64,000 bases of DNA, taken from positions 124,001 to 188,000 of the forward strand of contig JAUPSS010000003.1 in NCBI GenBank assembly GCA_040285825.1. Direction: 5' to 3'. The notes beneath the pieces were generated by a model that was given only the letters and a program-made list of their open reading frames with translations, made no database searches and was not told the DNA's origin. Shown one piece after another: positions 1-10,307 of this stretch. Position numbers and translations under genes: made by a program. This stretch comes from Eukaryota sp. TZLM1-RC (taxonomy: Eukaryota > Protista > Metamonada: BaSk clade). Every line of letters begins with the position of its first letter. The stretch's first letter is position 1.

Positions 1-764
1 TCAACATTTCTTCTACTGATTGATGAGGTTCGCTCTCAAAATTCCTACAATGAGCTTTGTTTTTGAAAATACTTGTGCCTGCCTTCATGTCCTCGTACAC
101 GGTAACCCATTTCCCCACGATGTCCTGGGCCTTTACCGTCTTCTTCAACTGTTGTTAGAAAACTTCTAATCATACCTGGTTTTGCCGTGTGAGGTTTGTG
201 CTTTGGAAGGTTCTCTGACATTTGTTAGATCCATACACTGTTTTGCTGTTAAACCGACTTCGCAGGTATCTGTAATGAATATAGAGACTAACTAAATCCA
301 AAACCTAGATACAAAATAAAATTGACTAGATATAAAATTATTTTAGTGACCACATTTTTATTATTAGTCATATGCAAATACATACACAGTTAGAAGGATC
401 ACATAGGGAGGCCACCATTCCTGGAGATCTGCCAGAAACTATTCTAGTCTGGAATAAAAGAAACTTATTGTACTAAAAGACCAGTTAAGATCACAAGCAC
501 GAACTAATCAAAACCTGACATGTGATAAAGAACATGGGGGCTATGTAAATCCACCAAAATTCACTCGAAATCTGTGACAAATGTTTTACACAAGTCCCAT
601 ACTCATAATGTGATGTCAAATTTTGCAAATATCAAGTTTGTGGTTGATTAATATTATCAAAACCTGAGATAAAATTGACTAAGAATGTTTACAAGAGATC
701 AAGAAAGACATTGAAAACAGTTTCAATATGTACTATACAAAACAATGGAAGAGAAAGGGGCGAC

Positions 765-969
765 TTATTTCTTAGAAGGGACATTAGATGACGCCTGCTT
801 CTTTGCTTCAGTACGTGCCTGTTTCTCTCTCATAATTTGGGCCTGTTTTCCTTCCAATTGGAAAGACTAGCCCCACATCGTTCCACCTTGGTTTTGCCAC
901 CTTTGGGTGCTTTTTCAGCCTTTTTTGAGACCTCTGGCGGTCACGTTCCCGAGTGTTTCCGCGACTCAT
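765..969 (-). CDS. SERF/4F5 family small protein, reading frame broken by two 1-nt deletions in A-runs
   Basis: Starts MSRGNTRERDRQRSQK. Restoring one A in each of two A-runs gives ...EKAPKGGKTK...QAQIMREKQARTEAKK, with the conserved IMREKQ motif, ending at TAA 765-767. Confidence 0.7.
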
Positions 970-1286
970 GTGAATAGAAGTTGTTGAAACCAATGATGGT
1001 GGGGCCTGTTTTGTTATCACAAAATTGAATTGGGATTTAAATGTTCAATTTGGTTGAATAATAATCCCCCTGACCTTATTCCCCCTAGAAATCCCTTTGG
1101 CCTAATTCTTTCAAGATTTGTTAGTCTATTCATGATTCTTTTGGTCATCTCATCCTCCTAATCAATCTATGCTGCTCTCCTTCCATTAACTATTGATAGT
1201 ATCTACTTTTGCTGACATTTTTCAATTTGTACCACTTTGTGTCACAATTATTTATATCTCGCTAGCTAAAACACTTCTTTTACGAA

Positions 1287-2187
1287 GATGACGAAACGGA
1301 AATGGTGTTCTAGGCCATCGACCCCAACCACTCAAACCTATGTGGTTCCATTGGAACACGTTCAGGGCCGACCGTATCCAATATCTTCTTGGCACCAAAG
1401 CAACGAAATAAAGCAACGAAAAATAATTCACTCCACTTCACTGACCCACTCATCAATAGATGTTTTTGACGTGCAGAAATTGAACCATTATCTGCTTGAA
1501 ATATCAACTATCGGTGACTACAAGGACTATGAAGGTAATAACGCAAGACAATCATTGCTAAAGCAGCAATTATATCTGAGTGCTGGAAAAGCATTGAGAA
1601 GAAACACATTTGACTTCTTTATCAGAAAACAGAGAAGATTCAGCTCAATAATCAACAAGGTGAAAAAATTTGCAGACGGTCGAGAAGTAAAGGTGTGGTT
1701 TGGCAATGGAGGTGGTGGTCCATCACGTCAAAAAGTGAAAACACCACGCAAGGCATTTCTCAAGTTGTTACAACGTTCATTTGCTAATGTGAAGATCGGA
1801 GATGAATACATGACATCTGCAAAGGTGAACTGCTGCAAGATGCTACACCAAAAGATCTATTGGGAAGTTGATGGTGAAGTTAAAGTTCACAACGCCTATT
1901 TCAGTTGTCCGGAACGTAATCAAGTTTGGTCTAGAGACATTTCTGCATCACTAAATCATCTAGAAATTGCAATTAGTGAGCACTACTATGGAACAAGACC
2001 AGAAGCGTTCCAGAGACCACAAAGAAACTGGCTTCAAAGCTGCGTATTGTTCTAGAGGAGAAATGGGCTCACTGAGATTGGTGGCCAATTATTCGAGTTA
2101 TTCTAGAACGTCTGTGGACGATATCACCAAGGATGAAAGTTCTTGGAATAAGTTTGAATGATGCTTGAAGAAAGTATGCATTTCAAA
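1287..2187 (+). mobile_element. Fanzor family A, copy A1, 5'-truncated pseudogene with intact 3' end
   Basis: RuvC-I AIDPNHSNLCG lies in an alternative frame right after an in-frame TAG. Also WFGNG, RuvC-II GDEYMTSAK-x-NCC and CPERNQVWSRDISASLN (Zn finger plus RuvC-III). A 13-nt duplication near 1397-1422 shifts the frame. Highly similar to the reverse complement of 59786-60670. Confidence 0.9.
2030..2187 (+). ncRNA. Putative omega-RNA scaffold of Fanzor A1
   Basis: Identity with copy A2 continues ~155 nt past the ORF and stops abruptly after GTATGCATTTCAAA. Stems: GTTCTAGA..TCTAGAAC, ATTGG-TGG-CCAAT, CCAAGGA..TTCTTGG, and a terminal GAATG-ATGCTT..AAGTAT-G-CATTT. Confidence 0.75.
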
Positions 2188-2268
2188 ACATACCTGGAAA
2201 ATGCAGACTCAAACATTGTAAATAATTCACATCCTCTCTAGGTTCGTCCTCGAACCTTCTCTCGTTTG

Positions 2269-5200
2269 ATGGACACTTTGAATGATGTCCTCTCTTCTCT
2301 CACAAGTATCACAGTTCAGGTTTCAGTGTCTGATGATCTACTTTCTTCAACGGGATTTTCATCGTGTCACGACTTCATAAATCATCTCCAAGCTTTTTCT
2401 TTGGTCAAATGTCCTAATCAGATCATCATTCTCGACAATGTTCCCGTTTCAATAGGTTCAATACGTTTACGTTTTGTGCCATCTACTTCTGCTCTATGTA
2501 CTCTACCCCGTCCAGAAGCATTAAAGTCCATCATCCACTCACAATGCTCTCTTGTACCACCACTACCCAGTGTCTCTTTGACTCCTTCACAGATTCACTC
2601 TTCAATATCCTCACTGAGCCCTCCCTTCACTCCCTCTTCTCCTCGTTCTGCTCCCTACTTTGCAACCCCCTGGGCGAGCTCTCTCTTCAAAGATATTCTC
2701 ACTCTTTCTCCCTCAACACCATCTACCATTGGTAACGGCAATGGGGATGGGTTGCCGGTAGTAGCTCTTAATTGTTGCTCTATTGGATCCTCTGATCCTA
2801 TCCAATGGTTTGCTTCGAAGTTTTCGGCTTCACCATCAGCCTCTGTTTATGCTTTGTTCGCCACTTCTCATCAATCAAGTTCTCAATCAAATTCCCTTGA
2901 TTTGATTGAATCCCAAATGCATAAGTCTCTGGGTAAAGATAGATGCATCTTGTGTAAAGAGTACTCTAATACTGTATTTTCAAATTTGGTTAAGAGAGTT
3001 GCTTCTTTGGCATCATCAGTTGTCATCAGTAAGATCCTTGATACTTTATCCACAGTTGAGTCCCTTCCCAAGTCAAAGAGATGGTTTAAATCGTTTATGT
3101 CAAAAGATAAAGAGGATAATTGCCTTGTTGCAGATAATGAAGCTCTGATTGGCGACTTATTATTACAATTAGGACTCTATTCCAATGCAATCACCTATTT
3201 AAAATCAAGTTTGGCTGGGAAAAAGGCTAATGAAGATTGGTTTGCTTGCGCTCTGCTGGCTGAGGGGCTTGGAAAAGCTTTTTATCTACAATGTGCCAGT
3301 GGAAGTCTCGAGAAGTCAATTGAATGGTTTAGAAAATGTATTTGCTATCATTCAAGGTTCCTAAATACAAATTCTGTTGATTCTACTTGCAGGTGGCTTT
3401 ATGTCAAAAATTTGATGATTTTGGCACATTTATTTTATATAAAAGGAAATACTTCTCCACCAGTGGGTCAAAAACTAACGTCATCCGGTCAAAATGACAC
3501 GTCATCTCTGTTGTTGACTCTTATTGACTTTATTTCTGTCAAGAGTCTCAACAATACTGAGCACACTATATCTTTACTAACAAAAGCTGTTTTCAGCGAA
3601 TCACTTTCCATTTTCCTTTCTGAATCTAAGCCAAGGACTAGCTTGCTTTACAAATCTCTTGCCTCTGACCTTTACACAAAGGCAGCTCAGGCAGGTATTA
3701 AACCTTTTGGAGGCCACACCTTGAGATTAATTGGTTATGAACTTACTGTTGATCGAAGTCCTTCCATAATTGCAAGCTTGCAGTGGGTTAAAAATGGAAT
3801 TAGTGCAGGAAGAATGTTGGATAGGCACGGTGACTGTGTCATATTGCTTGGTATTGCCATTAATTCTTTTTCTTTTAGTAAAAAATTACTTTCAGATGGT
3901 TTACTATACCTTTTGATCAATATATTAGGAGTTTTTGGTGGTGGATATGGTTTTTCCGTCGAAAGTTGTGTACATGGTGTTGAACTTCCTAAAATTTTCA
4001 GGTGCTTTGTCAACTCTGAACGTGAGCTATCGATGATCCCTTCTGAACTATCCTGCTTAAATAATCAAGTTACCAAACACTTTGGAAATTCAGATTTTAA
4101 TGCACAAGAGATTAGTTATGCACTGGGAGAAGATGTTTTCTTTGATATAATATTAACGAACCCTATAGATGCAAATCTTTTGGTTAAAGAAATGTATCTT
4201 CTGTTAAGCGTTGATGGTCAGGAGGTCAAAATCAAAGTTGATGACGTGATTTCTGACAGTTTTTGCTTTGTTTTTGACCGTCAAAGGTCTACCGTCAAAG
4301 ACTTTATCCTAGAACCCTTAAAAGAATCGTCTATTTCATTTAAACTAACCAATGTTACGGACAAACTTTGCATTACGTTCAATTCTGTGGTGTTTGGCCT
4401 GTCGCCTGTGTTCAAGAGTAAATCAAATCTTTCAAATGATTCACCAGAGGTTTACTTCTCTCAATCGTTATCTGGATTCATTGGAGATGTCGTTTTTAAT
4501 TCATCTTGTCCTTTGTTGAGCTTGAATCTTTGCAATCTCAAGCAGGAAGTTTTCATTAATGAATTAACCAGCTTTGAGTTGGAAATCTGTAATTATGGCC
4601 GTGAACAAGCTCATAACGTGAGTCTATGGGTTTCTGACCCTTCTGTGGTCTATTTTGAGCTTACTGATAGCCAGAAATCTTCCGGAATGGAAGGTTCTGA
4701 TCGATTGTTGAAACACCAAGACCAAACACATTTTCTTCCTGTTTCCCCAGAAGTTCAAAGATTTCCTGATTGCGAGTTGTTTTCTTCTCCCTTTTCCCAT
4801 GTCCAAGTAATTGATAATTTCCAGGCAGCTTCAACTCAATGTCCCAATCCTGAACTACCATCTCTTGTTATTCCATCCATCCAATGCAATCAGTCAATCA
4901 CAATCAAGGGGTGGGTTCGAGTAGGTCAAGACTCCAAAGTTAGTCATGTTTCACCTTTCAAGTCGCTTATTGGATTTAGTTTGGGCTGTTTGGATTCTGA
5001 TTGCAAAGTTTTCAACGTTTTTCAATGGGTAACTGTTTTACCTTCTTTTTCCTTCTCGTTCTCCAAGTATTTCTCAATGGCAGAAGCTTCGTTATGTAAT
5101 CTTTGTTTGGAAGGATTCAATCTGCATTGCAGTGAAGGTCAGTTCAATTCCTTGTCTATAATTTCAAAGTCTCATGTTTTGAATTCGTTCAACATTAATT

Positions 5201-5958
5201 CACAGTCTTCATCGAGTCCTTTTTTAGACCTCAATAGTGGATGTAAGTTTAACAAAATGTTCACTACTAATGTAATTGAATCTGGGTCGTTCCATCCTTC
5301 AAGAATTCTGAAGAAATCAACATCAAAATTGATTGTTTCTTCAACTGATCGTGTCTCGCTTTCACCAGCTCTGATCTATTTTTTGTCTTTTGAATTATTA
5401 ATTATTCAATCACCAGGATTTCATCCTCGTTCTGATGTCGTTAAGCAAAGTTTTTCCCAGACCTCTATTTCACCTACTGAAGCTTTTGCTGTTCAAAAAG
5501 CTCAAGAAGAATTGATGCGTTTGAATTTGTTAGATAAACTCAAGTGGCCTCATTTTAGTAATGTAGCATTAATAGAATGGTCTATCGGTAATTCTATTGG
5601 TTACTCATTTAATTTTAATCTTGATTTGTTTGATTTGAACTATATTTATTCAGGTATGAAGGGTCCCTCTAGAGTCGAGCCTTTTTGTTGGTTTTCCATT
5701 GTCATTTCTGTCTATAGTACTTGTAATCATCCACTGCCGGCGTCTGCTAGACTTGCAAATTCAGATCAAATTTGTTGGAAGTCTTCAGAAGTCAAAACCA
5801 CAATGGAACCTTTCACAAGCCACAGCATCACTTTGGAACTCTGTCTTTTGGTGAAGGGTATGGTTGCAGTACCCTTTGTTGATTTTGAATTTGGTGATGA
5901 TGTAAATTTAAAGGTATGCAAAGGTGAACAATATTTAGTGTTGTCTCAAAATCAGTAG
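2269..5958 (+). CDS. TRAPP complex large subunit, TRAPPC8/Trs85-like (TRAPPC9-like not excluded)
   Basis: ~1230 aa uninterrupted ORF with TPW and PV..CS..DP motifs, helical IGDLLLQLG..Y..A...Y..NEDW..A..AEG, GEDVFFDIILTNP and C-terminal Ig-like segments. AATAAA follows the stop. Confidence 0.55.
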   Translation: MDTLNDVLSSLTSITVQVSVSDDLLSSTGFSSCHDFINHLQAFSLVKCPNQIIILDNVPVSIGSIRLRFVPSTSALCTLPRPEALKSIIHSQCSLVPPLPSVSLTPSQIHSSISSLSPPFTPSSPRSAPYFATPWASSLFKDILTLSPSTPSTIGNGNGDGLPVVALNCCSIGSSDPIQWFASKFSASPSASVYALFATSHQSSSQSNSLDLIESQMHKSLGKDRCILCKEYSNTVFSNLVKRVASLASSVVISKILDTLSTVESLPKSKRWFKSFMSKDKEDNCLVADNEALIGDLLLQLGLYSNAITYLKSSLAGKKANEDWFACALLAEGLGKAFYLQCASGSLEKSIEWFRKCICYHSRFLNTNSVDSTCRWLYVKNLMILAHLFYIKGNTSPPVGQKLTSSGQNDTSSLLLTLIDFISVKSLNNTEHTISLLTKAVFSESLSIFLSESKPRTSLLYKSLASDLYTKAAQAGIKPFGGHTLRLIGYELTVDRSPSIIASLQWVKNGISAGRMLDRHGDCVILLGIAINSFSFSKKLLSDGLLYLLINILGVFGGGYGFSVESCVHGVELPKIFRCFVNSERELSMIPSELSCLNNQVTKHFGNSDFNAQEISYALGEDVFFDIILTNPIDANLLVKEMYLLLSVDGQEVKIKVDDVISDSFCFVFDRQRSTVKDFILEPLKESSISFKLTNVTDKLCITFNSVVFGLSPVFKSKSNLSNDSPEVYFSQSLSGFIGDVVFNSSCPLLSLNLCNLKQEVFINELTSFELEICNYGREQAHNVSLWVSDPSVVYFELTDSQKSSGMEGSDRLLKHQDQTHFLPVSPEVQRFPDCELFSSPFSHVQVIDNFQAASTQCPNPELPSLVIPSIQCNQSITIKGWVRVGQDSKVSHVSPFKSLIGFSLGCLDSDCKVFNVFQWVTVLPSFSFSFSKYFSMAEASLCNLCLEGFNLHCSEGQFNSLSIISKSHVLNSFNINSQSSSSPFLDLNSGCKFNKMFTTNVIESGSFHPSRILKKSTSKLIVSSTDRVSLSPALIYFLSFELLIIQSPGFHPRSDVVKQSFSQTSISPTEAFAVQKAQEELMRLNLLDKLKWPHFSNVALIEWSIGNSIGYSFNFNLDLFDLNYIYSGMKGPSRVEPFCWFSIVISVYSTCNHPLPASARLANSDQICWKSSEVKTTMEPFTSHSITLELCLLVKGMVAVPFVDFEFGDDVNLKVCKGEQYLVLSQNQ

Positions 5959-6815
5959 CCACTCAATAAATGTAAATGTTCATGTAAAGATTCATTAATT
6001 CAGCTTTAATTTTGAATTCATGCGAATTTTCGACTAATTCTACTTTATTATCTCGGGTTATATAAGTTTTCCGAGTTTTTAACAATTGACCTTCTCCATC
6101 AAATTAAATAAAAAAGTTAAGCTTTTGTTCAAATACCTCATTACTCAAATACTCCGATATGCATGCACATCTCTATCACTTTTTGACAGCTAAATCTCTC
6201 CCACTCAGCAACATCTTCATACCTTTATCTTCATTTTTTGTAACAGCTTGAATTACACAAAAATGGTAAGTGTTTTGTCTTTTTTAGGTGCTGCCTTGAG
6301 CCAGGTAATTAGAATAAAGATAAAGTTGATTTGTTGTACCATTAGTCTATCTAAGTTTAAAGGCGCCAACAAAGATACCATATTTTCTGACTACAATCAA
6401 AAACTGGTTATGATGCATTAGGTCAACCTATGCATCTCACCTTTAAAGAACGAAGAGGACAGTATAAGAGACCGCTGCTTCAATTTCAAGGAAAAGTAAT
6501 TAGCAAAATGTATTGTGCTATTCAATTGCGTTTTGGGAAAGTTCAATTGAGAAACATGTTTTTTTTGTTTTTTATTTGATGATAAAGTTATGGCTGTCCA
6601 AATATTGTTAATCATTATACGGACTTTTCATCTCTATTCCAGTAAACAAAAATTCTACTACACTTAGAACGGTTATTAGGAAATCAGCAAATGTTGGAAA
6701 TATGGTGATTTCAATGAAAATATGAGTTTGACTACCCAACCAATATTACCCATCGATGATTTTTATCAAAATTTCTTCAATATATCAACTTTTGTGGTCC
6801 CATATTACTCTTCAA

Positions 6816-8627
6816 ATGTTCAAGTTTCTGTCTGAACTAGGTTTTCTTCAATCCGAAGATGAACAACCTTCTGTAGGTTTTACACCTGCAAATTTCGAAT
6901 CCCTTTTGAATACTATAGTCAGTTCTCTAAACGATGCTTTCATCGAACATCTTGATCCTTCTTTATTGAAGGAACAACATATTTTTTCAAATGTTTCAAA
7001 GCTTATCGATATCCTCATCGAAGAAGATAGGATTCACAAACACTCCCAAGAACCCCCCACATTTCTTTCTATAACCATCCCAATTCTTCCACGTCTAATT
7101 TCCTTATCATATGAATCAGTGGAAACGTCCATTGCTTCTGGTCAGTTGATTTCACATCTTTGTCTCAAGATACTGTCTTCTGTAATTTCTCTTTCTTATC
7201 CCATCTTGAACCACCACACTTTGGTAAGCGCTATCAATGGTATTCTTTCACAGTTTGCTTCTCCATTGTTCGCCGGAGTCTACCCACATTTACCTCTTTC
7301 CCACTTAATTTCCTCCATAGTTCGATATCTAGTGGAGAAAGGGCCTTGTGATGGCTTAATTGTCAGAGACGTTGATGGTTGTGTAGTTGATTTCCCTTTG
7401 GGTAGATTAGCGATCGTCCAAGTCAAGAAGAATCTTGAAGAACATGACATCATCAGTTTGTGTAATCTTTTACTTTGGATTCAAACTTTTTGGAGAGAGT
7501 TTTTACAAGATTTTTTTTTGGATGTTGGTGATTTGTTTGATCATTTATTTGATGGGTTTGTCAAGTCACTGGTCAAAATAGCTATGAATGAAGCTGAAAA
7601 CCATGAAAATTTCAAAATTTTTGAGCAGTATTTGAAATTTTTGGTTGAATTTTCAAGTGTTGATGTAGTTGGTTTTACTAAATCTTTTATGGAATTAATG
7701 ATTGAATCTGAAGCCCTTGATTCCTTATTGCACAAAGAATGTTTCCTGTCACCAAACACGACCATAATGACTGCTTTGACTATGACTCTCAATCACTTGC
7801 AATCAAAAACTTGTTTACTTCCATTGTATTTGTCGTTCTGTCAACGTGCTAGAATATCTGTATTAAATTCTTTTGGTGATTGTTCCATACTCTCAAATGA
7901 AAATTTCTGTTTAAAGTTTTCGCTACTTTTTTCAGCGTCTCTTCCTTTTATTTTTTGGTCAGTGAACGATCAGCCTTTACTGGAGTCTAAATTGGAGTAT
8001 GAATTGGCCAATATTAAGGATACAAGATTGTTTTTCAAGTTGATGTTCACACTGAACTCAGCGTGTCATCCTGCACGAAGTGATCCTTTGCCGCCAAATT
8101 TTGAATATTTTGAGAAAATTTCAGCCAGGAAAATCAATAAGTCCACCACAAAGCTTGTTTTGTTGGAGAAAGTACTCAGTCATGACTCCAATCATTTAGG
8201 TTCTCAATTTGTCAACTTAATCCAAAGTTTATTTTCATATTGCAGTGAAAATTGGTTCAACTCATCAATTTTGACTTTACCTTCGTTGATTTGTTTATCT
8301 TTTCTTATTGTTGAAATTTTTCAAACTTTTTCATTTTCGAGCATTTCACATACCTTATTGCTGGATACCAGAAAATCCAGTTTAAGTCTTTATAATCGTT
8401 TGCGTCAAGTCTCAGAGTCTGGGATTGGTTTCCTGACGAGTAAGTATTCTTCAATAGAAGAATTACTTTCGGTTCTTCAAGACCTTCGCCTAAGAATGAT
8501 TCGCGGTGTTATTCATGATATTGTTCCGAAACCAAATGAAGAAGAAACTACAATGTATTTGGTTAGGTGGATCATTTTCGAACAACTCTGTTTAGAACTT
8601 GAGGCGGTTTGTTCAGTTATATCATGA
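6816..8627 (+). CDS. FHIP/FAM160-like protein
   Basis: Long ORF with N-terminal LIDILIEED and C-terminal IIFEQLCLELEAVC, resembling the FHIP termini. Likely start MFKFLSELG. The stop overlaps AATAAA. Confidence 0.5.
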   Translation: MFKFLSELGFLQSEDEQPSVGFTPANFESLLNTIVSSLNDAFIEHLDPSLLKEQHIFSNVSKLIDILIEEDRIHKHSQEPPTFLSITIPILPRLISLSYESVETSIASGQLISHLCLKILSSVISLSYPILNHHTLVSAINGILSQFASPLFAGVYPHLPLSHLISSIVRYLVEKGPCDGLIVRDVDGCVVDFPLGRLAIVQVKKNLEEHDIISLCNLLLWIQTFWREFLQDFFLDVGDLFDHLFDGFVKSLVKIAMNEAENHENFKIFEQYLKFLVEFSSVDVVGFTKSFMELMIESEALDSLLHKECFLSPNTTIMTALTMTLNHLQSKTCLLPLYLSFCQRARISVLNSFGDCSILSNENFCLKFSLLFSASLPFIFWSVNDQPLLESKLEYELANIKDTRLFFKLMFTLNSACHPARSDPLPPNFEYFEKISARKINKSTTKLVLLEKVLSHDSNHLGSQFVNLIQSLFSYCSENWFNSSILTLPSLICLSFLIVEIFQTFSFSSISHTLLLDTRKSSLSLYNRLRQVSESGIGFLTSKYSSIEELLSVLQDLRLRMIRGVIHDIVPKPNEEETTMYLVRWIIFEQLCLELEAVCSVIS

Positions 8628-8689
8628 ATAAAAGCTGTAAATATGTAAAGTCTTATTGTTTTTTTCCCAAACTATATAGTTAATGATAC

Positions 8690-9205
8690 CAAGTCCTCGA
8701 CACAAGTCTATCAGCAAGAAGTTGCTGGTAGTTGCCTTGCAGCTCGCGGCACTTTGCATCCACTAGTTGTTGTAGAGGCCTACTAATGGGTAGTGCATGA
8801 TTACTACCTGTTCTTGACAAGAACAAGACAGCAAACGTCCATGATGTAGAGATTCGCTTGAGTTTCTCATACACGTGGCCTTTGCCAGGTCTGTTGAATG
8901 GATGTCTGACTTTTGGCTTAGAGACCGCCACAAAGTCAAGACACTGGATCCAGAATTGAAGCTGAGTCAGGAAATTACTGTTTTCAGGGAAGCGCACAGC
9001 AAAAACTCTGGCCAGCAAACTGCCGAGGTGAGCCATGGTGGTCACCTTGGTCAGCTGTCCATCAATGCAATCACACACTGGCCGCTCAAAGAACTGATGA
9101 ACAGAGCAGGTACGTGTCCATGACTGCATAGACCTTACTGAAAACGGAAGGTGCAGACAATCAGAATGATTGATTTCTCAGTTTCATTCACTTCTAAAAT
9201 TTGGT
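8690..9205 (-). mobile_element. Fanzor family A 5' fragment (leader plus N-terminal region), 3'-truncated
   Basis: QFWIQCLDFVAVSKPKVRHPF aligns with QFWSQCFDCVTHSRPKIREPF of copy A3 and with 61340-61600. Its leader AATCAATCATTCTGATTGTCTGCAC matches 46135-46161. Confidence 0.85.
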
Positions 9206-10307
9206 TTATTTTCCACTTCTTACATCCACAAAACAATAAAACGTGCTTATACATAGACACATTTATAACAGATACTGCACATGTTTTAAGCATTTTCTTT
9301 CCTAAAAATAGTAAACTGACGTGAACTTTGATGAAATTGTTGTTAATCCACGCAGTTGTTCGTTTAATCAAGGGTGTTTGTAGATTCAAAAAATTCGTAA
9401 AATTTCACAGTTTAATTTCTTTATTCAGCACAAACATGTTACCAAGGAGAGTCACAACATCTGTTTCTTTTTTCCCATTTCTTTCTTTCTTTGACGAAGA
9501 ACCTTTTGCTTCTCTGAGTTCACCAGTGATCTTGGCGGAACTGTTGGCTTTTCTATTATAGAAATTATAGGTTTCGTTCAGTGTCCTCAGACATTGACTA
9601 TAAAAGATTGGATCCCATACAATGGACTAGCGGAGATAACTAACAAAAGACAGTCTGTAAAGGCATTATTGGCTATTCTTGAGTCTAAACTCGAGTCTAT
9701 TGCTGATCGTCCATCCCAAGCTGCGCCAACAACTTCTGCTGTGCCATCCCCTTCAACTGTCCTTCTTGTCTTGAAACTGGACATCTGAATACTTATCATT
9801 TCCTTGTCTCTCTACTTCACACTCTTCACCCTCTTTCTACTCATCTTTCCTCCATAGAAAATGTTCCTCCTGTTTTAACTTGCATTACCATCAGTTATCA
9901 ATATACACCCTTACAACTCTGATATCGTTTGTTCACTCTTTACGAATCATCTCACTCCAATCCTAATCTACTCCAGTCTAACCTACTCCTAATATACATG
10001 AACTGCTAAAGTCTAATGAGCAGAAGATTTCTGAACTTAATGAACTCCGATTGAAACTGCATTGAAGACACTTGTAATGTTAGTCAACATGGCTTCCTTG
10101 CAGAGATTGATTTTGACTAATTTCGTATTAATGTAGTGTGATACGATAGTAAGTCTGAAAATGTCCACGCTGCTATGAGTGAAACCTATCCCCTTGAATT
10201 CAGGTTCGGACTCTTGAAAAAGAAGATTTTCTGGTTAATAACCTATTTCTTAACCTTCACTGTTTTGAATGTGCGTGGTTGATATTAATTTGTGTAAATA
10301 TTACAGA

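Noticed and set aside
165-185. CATACCTGG matches the start of the A1 putative guide (2189-2197)
   Set aside because: Only 9 nt, with no GATAWG-like motif upstream and no X homology; compatible with chance.
295-690. Recurring AAAACCT(A/G)..ATAAAATTGACTA motifs
   Set aside because: Two or three degenerate AT-rich copies with irregular spacing; not an array.
6263-6300. ATG followed by a canonical-looking 22-nt GTAAGT...TTTTAG intron
   Set aside because: The spliced product stops after four codons; no gene can be supported.
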